Below the pieces are notes generated by a model. The model saw only the letters and a program-made list of their open reading frames with translations. It had not been told where the DNA came from and searched no databases. This document shows positions 1 through 9,408 of a stretch of DNA of 64,000 nucleotides, one piece after another. The translations under genes were made by a program, and so were the position numbers. Source of the stretch: Planctomycetota bacterium (GTDB lineage Bacteria; Planctomycetota; UBA1135; UBA2386); assembly GCA_965228735.1 (NCBI GenBank), contig OZ245838.1, forward strand, positions 6,720,001-6,784,000, given 5' to 3'. How positions within the stretch are numbered: the first letter of the stretch is position 1; the number at the start of each line of letters is the position of its first letter.

Positions 1-1
1 T

Positions 2-697
2 GACACGACGATCGCCAACCTGCAGCAGAACCTCGTCGACAAGGACGACGAGATGAACCGCAAGGCCGAAGAGAACACGGCGAACGAGAAGAAGCTCAAG
101 GGCGAGATCGCCGAGCTGCGCAACCAGAACAGCTACCTCACCTCGCGTGAGACGCTGCGCAAGCCCGCCAACGTCGCCGACGGCAAGGTCATCGCGGCCC
201 GTCAGGGTGTCCGCACGGCCTACATCGACCTCGGCAAGAAGGATCTGCTGCAGGAGAACACGATCTTCCGCATCCAGAACCCGCGCAAGGAAGGCGTGAA
301 GGGCTACGCCCGCGTCATCCGCGTCGAGCCGACCCGCGCCGAGGTCGAGATCTCCGGCGTCGTCGACCCGGTCGGTGACTTCGTCCGCGAGGGCGATCTG
401 CTCTTCAACGACCTCTACACCCCGAACATGCCGCGCACGATCTACCTGATGGGTCGCTTCAGCGCGCCCTACAACAAGGACACGATCGCGACGCTGCTCC
501 GCGGCCTCGGCAACAAGGTCGTGACCCGCATGGGCCCGGGCGTCGACACGGTCGTCCTCGGCAACGACCCGCTCACCGAGGCCGGCGACGGCTTCGCCAA
601 GATCGAGGACAGCGAGGAGTACAAGAAGGCGGTCCAGCTCCGCGTCGAGTTCGCCCCGCTGCTCAAGATCCGCGACCTGATCACGCCGACCCGCTGA
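2..697 (+). CDS. Partial (5' end outside window) coiled-coil protein with C-terminal BRCT-like domain
   Basis: Frame is open from base 2. Coiled-coil N-part; C-terminal IYLMGRFSAPYNKDTIATLLRGLGNKVVTRMGPGVDTVVLG resembles a BRCT motif. Confidence 0.6.
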   Translation, partial: DTTIANLQQNLVDKDDEMNRKAEENTANEKKLKGEIAELRNQNSYLTSRETLRKPANVADGKVIAARQGVRTAYIDLGKKDLLQENTIFRIQNPRKEGVKGYARVIRVEPTRAEVEISGVVDPVGDFVREGDLLFNDLYTPNMPRTIYLMGRFSAPYNKDTIATLLRGLGNKVVTRMGPGVDTVVLGNDPLTEAGDGFAKIEDSEEYKKAVQLRVEFAPLLKIRDLITPTR

Positions 698-738
698 TTC
701 TGCTGGCCCGCTGATCCAACCGCGATCCTGAGATCCGG

Positions 739-773
739 AGAACGGCCGCTCCCGCAAGGGGGCGGCCGTTCTT
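739..773 (+). terminator. Probable intrinsic terminator hairpin
   Basis: AGAACGGCCGCTCCC-GCAA-GGGGGCGGCCGTTCT just after the stop at 697; U-tract is short. Confidence 0.65.
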
Positions 774-832
774 GCGTACGGTACGCGGTTCAAACTGCCG
801 GACTCCGGCAGTTTGAACCGCGTACCGTACGC
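774..832. repeat. Perfect palindrome with 29-bp arms, REP/REPIN-like family copy 1
   Basis: GCGTACGGTACGCGGTTCAAACTGCCGGA-C-TCCGGCAGTTTGAACCGCGTACCGTACGC. Confidence 0.9.
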
Positions 833-846
833 TAGAGTCTGGCGGA

Positions 847-1854
847 ATGGTGCAGCTCGACGACCCGAACCTCGGTGCGGACCTCGATCAGGGAGGGGGG
901 GAGCTGGCGCGGATGTCGTTCGGGGATCACCTCGACGAGTTGCGCAAGCGGTTGATCCGGTCGTTGCTGCTGGTCTTCGTCGCGATCCTGGCGGTGATGC
1001 CGTTCAAGACGGAGGTGCAGGCGATCGTCACCGAGCCCTATCGCGTGCAGTGGCGCATCGGGTTCGAGAACTGGGTCGCCGAGCTCGAGCGGCAGGAGGC
1101 CGAGGGCGAGCTCGCGGAGGATCCGGAGGGGCGCGAGATGCTCGCCTATTGCCGTGAGCACATGGAGTCGATCCTCTCCGGCGACAAGAAGCACAAGCAC
1201 CTGCTCGATGACAAGACTGGCTACCCGGTGCCCTACACCCTCGCCGCGATCAACGGCCTCGAGGACATGTTCAACTACATGCTCGCCTCGGTGCTGTTCG
1301 CCCTCGTGCTGGTGTCGCCGTTCGTCGTGTGGCAGGCGTGGGCGTTCGTGGCCGCGGGCCTCTATCGTCACGAGCAGCGGCTATTCTACCGCTACTTTCC
1401 GTTCATGGTCGCGCTGTTCGCATCGGGCGTGGCCTTCGGCTACCGGATCGTGTTGCCGTTCAGCCTCGGCTTCCTGATCTCGCTGATGAACCCCGACCAG
1501 GTCGGTGCCATGCTCGCCGTGGGGCAGTACTTCACCCTGCTGTTCTGGCTGACGGCGGCGATGGGGCTCATGTTCCAGCTGCCCCTCGTGATGCTCGCGC
1601 TGCAGCGCGTCGGCCTCGTGACCCACAAGGGCTTCCGCAAGCACTGGCGGATCACGCTGCTGATCATCTTCATCGCGGGCGCGATCTTCACGCCGCCGGA
1701 GCCGATCTCGATGCTGCTGACGGCGACGCCGATGGTGATCCTCTTCGGGCTCGGTCTGCTCCTGACCTACTTCGGCCAGAAGGGTGAGGCGCGCATCGCG
1801 GTCGAATCGGCCGCGGCAGCCGCCGCCGAAGAAGCGGACGGCGAGAAGTCCTGA
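847..1854 (+). CDS. tatC: Twin-arginine translocase subunit TatC
   Basis: MSFGDHLDELRKRL, WQAWAFVAAGLYRHE, FQLP, AIFTPPEPISM motifs; multiple TM helices. Confidence 0.95.
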   Translation: MVQLDDPNLGADLDQGGGELARMSFGDHLDELRKRLIRSLLLVFVAILAVMPFKTEVQAIVTEPYRVQWRIGFENWVAELERQEAEGELAEDPEGREMLAYCREHMESILSGDKKHKHLLDDKTGYPVPYTLAAINGLEDMFNYMLASVLFALVLVSPFVVWQAWAFVAAGLYRHEQRLFYRYFPFMVALFASGVAFGYRIVLPFSLGFLISLMNPDQVGAMLAVGQYFTLLFWLTAAMGLMFQLPLVMLALQRVGLVTHKGFRKHWRITLLIIFIAGAIFTPPEPISMLLTATPMVILFGLGLLLTYFGQKGEARIAVESAAAAAAEEADGEKS

Positions 1855-1867
1855 GGCCGGTCGCAGC

Positions 1868-3100
1868 ATGACCCTCCAGGCCCAGGTTCTCGCGATCGGT
1901 GACGAGCTCGTGCACGGCGCAGCACTCGACACCAACAGCCGCTACCTCGCGCAGCAGCTCGAACGCCTCGGCCTCGTCGTGCGCCGCTTCACGGTCGTCG
2001 GCGACGACCCCGACCACCTCGAGCAGGCGATCACCGCCGCGTGCGAGCACGCCGACGTCGTCGTCGCGACGGGCGGACTCGGGCCGACGCTCGATGACCG
2101 CACGCGCGAGGTCGTGGCGCAGATCCTCGGCGTCGAGCTGCTGTTCGACGAACCGAGCTGGCACCACGTGCGCGACTGGCTGCGGCAGCGGAAGCGCCCC
2201 GTGCCCGAGAGCAACCGGCGGCAGGCGATGTACCCCGCGGGCGGCGATCTGCTCGCGAACGCGTGGGGCACGGCACCCGGCTTCGCGGTGACGATTCGCG
2301 GTGCCCGCTTCTTCGCGCTGCCCGGCGTGCCGCGCGAGATGCGCGCGATGTTCGCGGAGCACGTCGAACCGGCGGTCGCGGCGATGCCCGGACTGACGCC
2401 GACGACCGACCTCAAGCTGCGCGTGCTCGGCCCGTCCGAAGCCGCGCTCGGCGAGAAGCTCGCGCCGTTCATGGCCGCCGGCCGGAACCCCGCGGTCGGC
2501 ATCACGGCGAGCGGCGGGCTGCTCACGGTCCGCATCGTCGCGACGGCCGGCGACCGCGCGGCCGCGACCGGACTCTGCGAGGCGACGGCGCAGCAACTGC
2601 GGCCGCTGCTCGGCGATGGGCTGTTCGCGGAGGGCGAGGGCGAACTGCCCGAGCTCGTCCTGCAGGCGCTGCGCGAACGTGGTCTGACGCTGGCCGCCGC
2701 CGAGTCCTGCACGGGCGGCAAGATCGCGGCGCAGCTCGTCGACGTCGCGGGCGCATCCGACGTCTTCTGCGGCGGCGTCGTCGCCTACAGCAACGCGAGC
2801 AAGACCGCGCTGCTCGGTGTGCCCGCCGAACTCATCGCGGACCACGGCGCCGTCAGCGAGCCCGTGGCGCGGGCGATGGCCGTGGCTGCGCGCGAACGCT
2901 TCGGGGCCGATCTCGCGGTCGCCACGACCGGCATCGCGGGGCCGGCCGGCGGCTCGGCCGAAAAGCCCGTTGGCACGGTCTGTTTCGCGCTCGTCGGCCG
3001 CGACGGCGAACGCGTCTGGACGAGCCGCATTCCGGACCTCGGCCGCGAGTTCATCCGTGACCGCGCGGTCTACGAGGTGTTCCGCGCGCTCATCCGGTGA
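1868..3100 (+). CDS. cinA: CinA family protein (MoCF domain + NMN deamidase PncC domain)
   Basis: IGDELVHG..DTNS, TGGLGPTLDDRT, LPGVPREM, AESCTGG, YSNASK, HGAVSE, TGIAGP. Start placed at ATG 1868. Confidence 0.93.
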   Translation: MTLQAQVLAIGDELVHGAALDTNSRYLAQQLERLGLVVRRFTVVGDDPDHLEQAITAACEHADVVVATGGLGPTLDDRTREVVAQILGVELLFDEPSWHHVRDWLRQRKRPVPESNRRQAMYPAGGDLLANAWGTAPGFAVTIRGARFFALPGVPREMRAMFAEHVEPAVAAMPGLTPTTDLKLRVLGPSEAALGEKLAPFMAAGRNPAVGITASGGLLTVRIVATAGDRAAATGLCEATAQQLRPLLGDGLFAEGEGELPELVLQALRERGLTLAAAESCTGGKIAAQLVDVAGASDVFCGGVVAYSNASKTALLGVPAELIADHGAVSEPVARAMAVAARERFGADLAVATTGIAGPAGGSAEKPVGTVCFALVGRDGERVWTSRIPDLGREFIRDRAVYEVFRALIR

Positions 3101-3148
3101 GGCGTTCGTGTCCGGTCACCGACGGGTACCGACTATGATGGGTCACCG

Positions 3149-6100
3149 GTGAACATCTGTCTGTCGTGCGAGGGCGTGACGGCCACAACGGCCAAGCGCT
3201 GCGGCCACTGCGGGGCCTTCCTGCTGCCGCTGGACGACGTCCACTTCCCGACGCGCCGCGGCGAGGCCGATGCCGGCCACCCGATGCTCGGCGCCGTCGT
3301 CGACGGCAAGTACCGGCTCGAGGGCGTGCTCGGCCGCGGCGGCCTCGGCACCGTGTTCCAGGCCGAGCACGCCGGTTCGCTGATGAAGGTCGCGGTCAAG
3401 CTGCTGCACCCGCGGTTCTCCGAGCGGCCGGAGTATCAGAAGGCGCTGCTGCCCGAAGCGCGCCGGGCGGCGACCGTCACCAACGAGCGGTGCGCGCGCC
3501 TGCTCGATGTCGGCGAGACCGCGGACGGCGGCACCTACCTCGCGATGGAGCTCGTCGACGGCGACACGCTCGACACGCTCGTCAAGTCGGGGCCGGTCGC
3601 GCCGTCGCACGCCGTCGACATCCTCGTCGACATCGCCGAGGCGCTCGTCGCGATCCACGAGGTCGGCCTCGTGCACTGCGACCTCGCGCCGCGCAACGTG
3701 ATGGTGTCGCAGCGCAGCAGCGGTCTCGTGGCGAAGGTGCTCGACTTCGGCATCGCGCGGTCGGTGTCCGTCACCGCGGGCGAACGGCTCGAACACGGCG
3801 AGTTCCGCGGCTTCGCGAACCCCGCGTTCTCCGCACCCGAGCAGCTCGCCGGGCAGGACGTCGATCCGCGCGCCGATCTCTACTCGCTCGGCGCGCTCGG
3901 CTGGTTCCTGCTCACGGGCAAGCCGCCGATCGAAGAAGGCGATTCGTCGCGCGCGGCGCGCGCCGCGGTCGCCGGCGAGCTCGTCGACTGGCCCGGCGTG
4001 TCCGGGGTGCCGCGCCGGCTGCAGCGGTTGTTGCAGCGTTGCCTCGCGCGCGACCCCGGAGCGCGGCCGGCGTCCGCGGCGGCCGTGCGGCGCGAGCTGA
4101 TCACGATCGCCGGGACGCGCCGGCCGGCGCTGACCAGGTTGGCCGTGTTCGCGCTCGCGGTGGCGGCCGTGCTCACCGTCGCGGTGTCGTTCGCCGGGCA
4201 GGAGGCCTACCTGCAGTCGGTCGGCGGCCCGCTCGTGCTCAGCGAGCGCACCTCGATCGATGTCGTGCACCTGCAGAGTCGGCAGCTCGAGACCGTGCAG
4301 CTGCGCTTCGGCGGTTTCCGCGCGGATCGGCTGCGTCTCGACATCGCGCGCGACGGCACCGTGCTGCGTCAGTGGCCCCTCGGCCCGCAGGTCGACGCCA
4401 ACCAGGAGACGCTGACGCTCAGCGTCGCCCAGCCCGAGTGGCAGCGCGCGCTGCAGAGCATCCTCGACAGCAGCCGGGACAACGCGGTGGATCTGACGTT
4501 CGTCGTGCCGGGTCGGCCGCCGCTCGGCACCTGCCGCGTTCGGCTCGACGACGACCCGCCCGCGCTCGAGCTGACGCTCAACGACCCCGATACGGCGGGG
4601 ATCTCCGCCGGGACGGTAGCCCAGTGGCAGGTCGACGACCGAACGGGCCTCGTCGAGGCGCGGTTGGTCGTCGAACTCGAAGGGGGCCGGACGTTCGGCT
4701 TCGACCTGCCGGTCGCGTCGGCCGGCGGCGGTGAGGTCGCGCTCGGCCGCGACCTCGCGACCCGGATCGACGAGGTCCGTTCGAGCGGCGGCGGTGCGAT
4801 CCGCATCGTCGCCGCGGATCTCGCGGGCAACGTCGCGAATCGGATCGTGCACGAGTTCGACTGGCTCGACGTGCGCGCGCCGAGCGTGCAGGACGTCACG
4901 GGGCCGACTGGCGAGGACTACCTGCCGAGCGTCTCGGGCCGGATTCGGATGCGGGTGCAGCTGTCCGCCCCCGAGCCCGGCAGTCGGCTCGTCGTGCGGA
5001 ACGTCGACGGCAGCGAGGTCGCGCGGCGGCAGCTCGAGGAGGCCAGCGTCTGCGTCCTCGAGATCGACGCCGATGCGCCGGAGGTCGGGCCGCCGAGCGC
5101 CTCGAAGCGTTACGAGTTCGAAGTCGTCGACCCGGTCGGCAACCGCTCGACGCGGACGGTCACGTGCGCGGTGCGTGACAGTTCGATCGGGCTGCAGTTC
5201 CTCGGCGACGGGCTGAGCTTCGTGACGGTCGGCGAGGAGCTCGTCATCGGCCCCGACGGCGCGGACGCGACGTTGCGGTGTTCCCCGCTCTACCGGGTCG
5301 CAACGATGCGTATCGAGTCCGAGAACGCGGCGGCCCAGAAGGCGACGATCGACTTCCGCGCTCAGCCGGGCACGACCGCGGTCACGTTCGGCAGCGTGCC
5401 GCCCGGTCGCCATCGCCTCGCGATCGAGCTCACCGAGAGCGCGGGCGACGGCGCGCTGCGCGTGCGGGAATGGCTGCCGCTGCGGGTCCTGCCGCCCGCG
5501 ATCGAGGTGCACATCGCGCCGCCGGCCTCGCGCTTCCTCGCCGGGTTGGTGCGCGCCGGTGTGCTGGCCGAAGCGGGCGATGGCTACCGCGAAGGCAACG
5601 GCTGGGGGCTCGACCCCGACCTGCGGACCTACGTGCGCGGCTCGGTCTGGACCGGGTTCACGCTCGGCCCGATCCCGCTGCCGATGGTGGCCGATCCGAG
5701 CGATCCGCTGCTGCCCGAGCTGCGTCCCCTGCCGGGTCACAACGTTCTCGCGCTCGATCTCGTCGACGTGCTCGATCGTGACGTGCGCGTCCTCGTCGGG
5801 GATGCCGCGCCGCCGCGCCGCCTCGTGGGCGGTCGCAGCGTCGACGTCATCGCCGAGTTCTTCTGGCACAACGAGCCGCCGGTGGCCGTCGGCGAGGAGT
5901 TGCTCGTCGAGCATGGTCAACCGGCGCGCCTGCGGCTGCGTTTCCCGCTGCCCTACGACGAGCGCGACGCGTTGCGACTGAGCCTCTCCGAGAACGAGTT
6001 GCTGCCGGTCGGCATCGAGTCCGAGGGGGCCGGGGACGATCGGTCGATCGCGACCTACGAGATCCCGTTCGAGATCTGGCGGTCCGCGGCGGGCCTGGTC

Positions 6101-7282
6101 GACACACCGCGCGAGCGCTTCGCCGACCAGTTGCAGCGCCCCGTCGAGATCAGCGTCGAGACGCCCGTCGAGCGCTACGACCTGCGGCTGTCGCTGCGGA
6201 CGACGCGTTCGACGCTGCGGGCCGTGGAGCTGGGCGAACTCGCCGATGTCCCGGCAGCGCTCGCGGACCTGCGGCTGCTGCCGCTCCTGGCACCGACCGG
6301 CCCGTTCCCGGAACCGGTCCCGGACGGGGCACCGCCGCGAGCGCTGTATCGACCCCAGGTCGCCGCCGCGGTTCGCAACATTCACGACCTCGTCCTGCAG
6401 GACCGCGAACTGACGGCCGAGCAGGCCGTCGCGATCGTCGACGTCGGACTCGCGCGGCGCGGGGATCTGCCCGCGAGTGCGCTCGTGCACGTCGCCGATC
6501 CGCTGCAGCACGAACGGCTCACCGCTCGCGCGCTGTTGCCGGAGTCGGCCCGGCGCGGTCGACCCGGGGCGCCGCTCACGGGCATCGACTTCTACCAGGC
6601 CTACACGCTGTGCCGCCTGCTCGGTGTCGCCGTCGCGGGTGACCCCGAGCTGTTCCGGTTGCCGTTCGGCGTCGAACTCGAACTCGCGGCGTTCGGAACA
6701 GTGCCGACAAGCGCGTGCAACGGGCCCGCGGCGCGCGGGCAGCCGGTGTCGATGCCCGCGTTCCGCGCCGCGAGGACGCGGCTGTCGATCGGGCGCGCGC
6801 CGACGGTGGCGGAGAGCCTGCGCGCGGGCGACGTCGCACCGGGTGCGGCGGGCGGCGAGTTCGTCGGCCTCGACTTCGGGGTGCGCGAATGGGTCGGCGA
6901 TCTGCCGCACGTGCCCGAGCAGAAGTCGCTGCTCGAGGAGTGGATCGGCGACCACGAGAGTCACGTCGCGCGGGTTGCCGGTTTCGCGGACGGCACGAAG
7001 ATGCCGCCCGCCGAGCTCGCGGGCCCGTTGCGCACGTTCGGCGTCGTGCGTGGCCTCGCGCTCGGCGAAGTCGCTGGCCTGCTCGCGGCGTCCGGACAGC
7101 GGCTCGAGCCGATGGGACTGACCACGGTCCCCGCGTCGGTGCCGGGCGTGTTGCGCAGCGAACAGCTGCGACGTGACGGGCGCGATCTGCTCGCGGACCG
7201 CCCGGATCCCCGGCTGCAGGTCGTCGGCTTGCGCGTGGCCGGCACGACGGCATTCGTCGCGCGCTTGCGAGGACTCGAATGA
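3149..7282 (+). CDS. Membrane Ser/Thr protein kinase with N-terminal Zn ribbon and large extracytoplasmic region ending in a degenerate FGE/SUMF1-like domain
   Basis: CLSC..CGHC; LGRGGLGTVF, VAVK, HCDLAPRN, DFG, SAPE, ADLYSLG; TM LAVFALAVAAVLTVAVSF; C-terminal FRLPFGVELELAA, GVREWVGD, VGLRV. Confidence 0.88.
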   Translation: MNICLSCEGVTATTAKRCGHCGAFLLPLDDVHFPTRRGEADAGHPMLGAVVDGKYRLEGVLGRGGLGTVFQAEHAGSLMKVAVKLLHPRFSERPEYQKALLPEARRAATVTNERCARLLDVGETADGGTYLAMELVDGDTLDTLVKSGPVAPSHAVDILVDIAEALVAIHEVGLVHCDLAPRNVMVSQRSSGLVAKVLDFGIARSVSVTAGERLEHGEFRGFANPAFSAPEQLAGQDVDPRADLYSLGALGWFLLTGKPPIEEGDSSRAARAAVAGELVDWPGVSGVPRRLQRLLQRCLARDPGARPASAAAVRRELITIAGTRRPALTRLAVFALAVAAVLTVAVSFAGQEAYLQSVGGPLVLSERTSIDVVHLQSRQLETVQLRFGGFRADRLRLDIARDGTVLRQWPLGPQVDANQETLTLSVAQPEWQRALQSILDSSRDNAVDLTFVVPGRPPLGTCRVRLDDDPPALELTLNDPDTAGISAGTVAQWQVDDRTGLVEARLVVELEGGRTFGFDLPVASAGGGEVALGRDLATRIDEVRSSGGGAIRIVAADLAGNVANRIVHEFDWLDVRAPSVQDVTGPTGEDYLPSVSGRIRMRVQLSAPEPGSRLVVRNVDGSEVARRQLEEASVCVLEIDADAPEVGPPSASKRYEFEVVDPVGNRSTRTVTCAVRDSSIGLQFLGDGLSFVTVGEELVIGPDGADATLRCSPLYRVATMRIESENAAAQKATIDFRAQPGTTAVTFGSVPPGRHRLAIELTESAGDGALRVREWLPLRVLPPAIEVHIAPPASRFLAGLVRAGVLAEAGDGYREGNGWGLDPDLRTYVRGSVWTGFTLGPIPLPMVADPSDPLLPELRPLPGHNVLALDLVDVLDRDVRVLVGDAAPPRRLVGGRSVDVIAEFFWHNEPPVAVGEELLVEHGQPARLRLRFPLPYDERDALRLSLSENELLPVGIESEGAGDDRSIATYEIPFEIWRSAAGLVDTPRERFADQLQRPVEISVETPVERYDLRLSLRTTRSTLRAVELGELADVPAALADLRLLPLLAPTGPFPEPVPDGAPPRALYRPQVAAAVRNIHDLVLQDRELTAEQAVAIVDVGLARRGDLPASALVHVADPLQHERLTARALLPESARRGRPGAPLTGIDFYQAYTLCRLLGVAVAGDPELFRLPFGVELELAAFGTVPTSACNGPAARGQPVSMPAFRAARTRLSIGRAPTVAESLRAGDVAPGAAGGEFVGLDFGVREWVGDLPHVPEQKSLLEEWIGDHESHVARVAGFADGTKMPPAELAGPLRTFGVVRGLALGEVAGLLAASGQRLEPMGLTTVPASVPGVLRSEQLRRDGRDLLADRPDPRLQVVGLRVAGTTAFVARLRGLE

Positions 7283-8415
7283 TGCACCGGCAGCCATGTT
7301 CGCCAACGCGTCGCCCGGCGGCGCGCCTGATGCTCGCGCTCGTGGCGTCGCTGCTCGCGCTGGTCGGTTGTCAGTCGACGGCATCCGAGGTCGGCGGCCT
7401 CGCCGCGCTGCCGCCGCTCGATTGCGCCGTGCTCGTCACGGGCGGCGCGTTCCTCACGGGGAACGACGACGTCGCCGGCACGTTCTACGACGCGCCGGAT
7501 CCGGCAGCGGCGCCGGCGGGTGCGACCGATCCGGCGCGCGAGGTCATCGCCCTCGACGCCGTCGTCGACGTGCTCCGTCGCGCGCGGGTCTTCCGCCGCG
7601 TCGAGATCGACGCGGATCTCGGGCGCCGTCGGGCGGTCTCGTCGGCGCTTGCCGGCGATGCGGGCAGCGCGGTCATGCCGGCCATGCTCGCGGAGGCGCG
7701 GGAACGGGGGTTCGACTTCGTGCTCGTGCTCGAAGAGCTGCAGGATGGCCCGATCGACGAGCAGGGCATCAACGGCCGCTGGCCCGTGACGTTCGCGACG
7801 TGGATCCTGCTCGGTGTCGGCGCCCTGATTCCGGATCACACGTTCGAATCCCGCGCGACGTTGCGCGCTACGCTGCGCGAGCTGCAGGCCGGCCGCCCGG
7901 TGCACGACCCCGTGTTCGTCGGCGGCCCGATCGAACTCGCCCTGACCGAGCGCACCGACGTGCTCGGGTTGATCCTGTCGATCCTCGTCCCGCCGTTCTG
8001 GGTCGGCAACGATCGCGAGAACCTCGTGGATTCCGTGCGTCAGGTCACGCGGCGGCGCCTGCTGCTGTCGCTCGCGCGCGACCTCAAGAGCGAGACCGTG
8101 CGCCGGCGGTTGCGGGAGGGCAGCGCCGCGGCGGTGACGCTCGTCGAAGGCGGGGAGGACGAGGGCGCGGTCGTCGTCGTCGACACCGTGGAGAGTCTCA
8201 CGGCCGTGCGGCTGCGCGCCGAACCCGCGCTCGATCGCGAAGTCGCTCTGGTGTTCCAGGCCGAGCTGCTCGCGTCGCTCGAGAACATCGGGGGGCGCTT
8301 CCGCTACCGCGCGCGACTGCCGGCCGCGGCCGATGGTCGGCTCGTGCAGGTGCTCGTGGCCACGATCCGCGGCTCCGTCGCGTCCGCCACGTTCCGGCCC
8401 GGGGAAGCGCGGTGA
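7279..8415 (+). CDS. Putative lipoprotein, unknown function
   Basis: Lipobox LLALVG-C; ATGA overlap with kinase stop; two internal hydrophobic segments. True start may be ATG 7329. Confidence 0.7.
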   Translation: MMHRQPCSPTRRPAARLMLALVASLLALVGCQSTASEVGGLAALPPLDCAVLVTGGAFLTGNDDVAGTFYDAPDPAAAPAGATDPAREVIALDAVVDVLRRARVFRRVEIDADLGRRRAVSSALAGDAGSAVMPAMLAEARERGFDFVLVLEELQDGPIDEQGINGRWPVTFATWILLGVGALIPDHTFESRATLRATLRELQAGRPVHDPVFVGGPIELALTERTDVLGLILSILVPPFWVGNDRENLVDSVRQVTRRRLLLSLARDLKSETVRRRLREGSAAAVTLVEGGEDEGAVVVVDTVESLTAVRLRAEPALDREVALVFQAELLASLENIGGRFRYRARLPAAADGRLVQVLVATIRGSVASATFRPGEAR

Positions 8416-9311
8416 ACGTGCCGGCGGCATTCGTGCTCGGCGCGGCGTCCCACACCGGGCACGTGCGGGTCAACAACGAGGACGACTACCTCGTGGGGGC
8501 GCTGCTGCCGCCGGCCGACGAGTTGCTGTTCTGCGCGGTCGCGGACGGCATGGGCGGCGTCGCCGGCGGGGCCGAAGCGAGCCGCGCCGCGCTGCGCGCT
8601 CTCGGGGCGACGGTGCTCGACGGCGAGGCCGACGCCGGCGTCGACGATCGGCTGGCCAACGGCTTCGCGGCGGCGGCCGAACGCGTCGCCGAACAGGCGC
8701 TCGCGGTGCCCGCACTGCGGGAGATGGGAACGACCCTCACGGCGATCTGCCTCGTGCCCGGGCGGGCGCTGGTCGGTCACATCGGTGACACGAGGCTGTA
8801 CCGCGTGCGGGCGACCGAGGCCGAGCTCATGACGATGGATCACGCGCTGCGGTCGCCGAACAACGTGCTCACGAAGTGCATCGGCGGCGGCCACGCGACC
8901 TGCGAGCCCGATCTCGTCGACTTCGACACGCGCCCTGGGGACCGGTTCTTGTTGCTCTCGGACGGGGTGTGGAGCGTGCTCTCCGCAACGGACGTGGCGC
9001 GCCTGGGTCGCGGGAGCGAACCGCAGGCCGCGGCCGAGGCCCTCGTCGCGGCGGCGTTGCGCGCGGGCGGACCCGACAACGCGACGGCGATCGTGGTCGA
9101 CGTCTCGGCGACCGCGGCCTCGGCGGCCGGGCACGAGCTCGAACTCGAGCGCGGCGAACGCCCCGACGCCCGGTCGGTCTGGCCGCGGCCGCGTTCGCTG
9201 CGGCCGCCGCTGTGGCCGTGGCTGGTCCTGATTCTCGCCATGGTCCTGATCGCGCTGGCGCTGATGTCATGGGCGTTCGACTGGACCCTCTGGGGCCTCG
9301 TGCGCCGCTGA
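8412..9311 (+). CDS. PP2C/PPM-family Ser/Thr phosphatase with C-terminal TM anchor
   Basis: SHTGHVRVNNED, VADGMGG, GHIGDTRLY, LLSDG, GGPDNAT; GTG start overlaps the upstream TGA. Confidence 0.92.
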   Translation: MNVPAAFVLGAASHTGHVRVNNEDDYLVGALLPPADELLFCAVADGMGGVAGGAEASRAALRALGATVLDGEADAGVDDRLANGFAAAAERVAEQALAVPALREMGTTLTAICLVPGRALVGHIGDTRLYRVRATEAELMTMDHALRSPNNVLTKCIGGGHATCEPDLVDFDTRPGDRFLLLSDGVWSVLSATDVARLGRGSEPQAAAEALVAAALRAGGPDNATAIVVDVSATAASAAGHELELERGERPDARSVWPRPRSLRPPLWPWLVLILAMVLIALALMSWAFDWTLWGLVRR

Positions 9312-9408
9312 TCGTCGGGCCGGGCCAGCCGCGCACGGGCGGGCTGCCGCGGGCTTTCGGTGACCGTTCGGCCGCGGCTCGCTATGCTGCCCGGGCCCCT
9401 CGAGTCGT

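Noticed and set aside
3143..7384. 1413-aa antisense ORF, and similar long ones (41806-46371, 49567-52317, 19006-21321)
   Set aside because: Shadow ORFs opposite real genes in high-GC DNA; Arg/Ala-rich with no motifs.
7173..8411. N-terminal extensions of the PP2C ORF (7173) and the TPR ORF (59338)
   Set aside because: They overlap real upstream genes; starts at 8412 and 58777 fit better.
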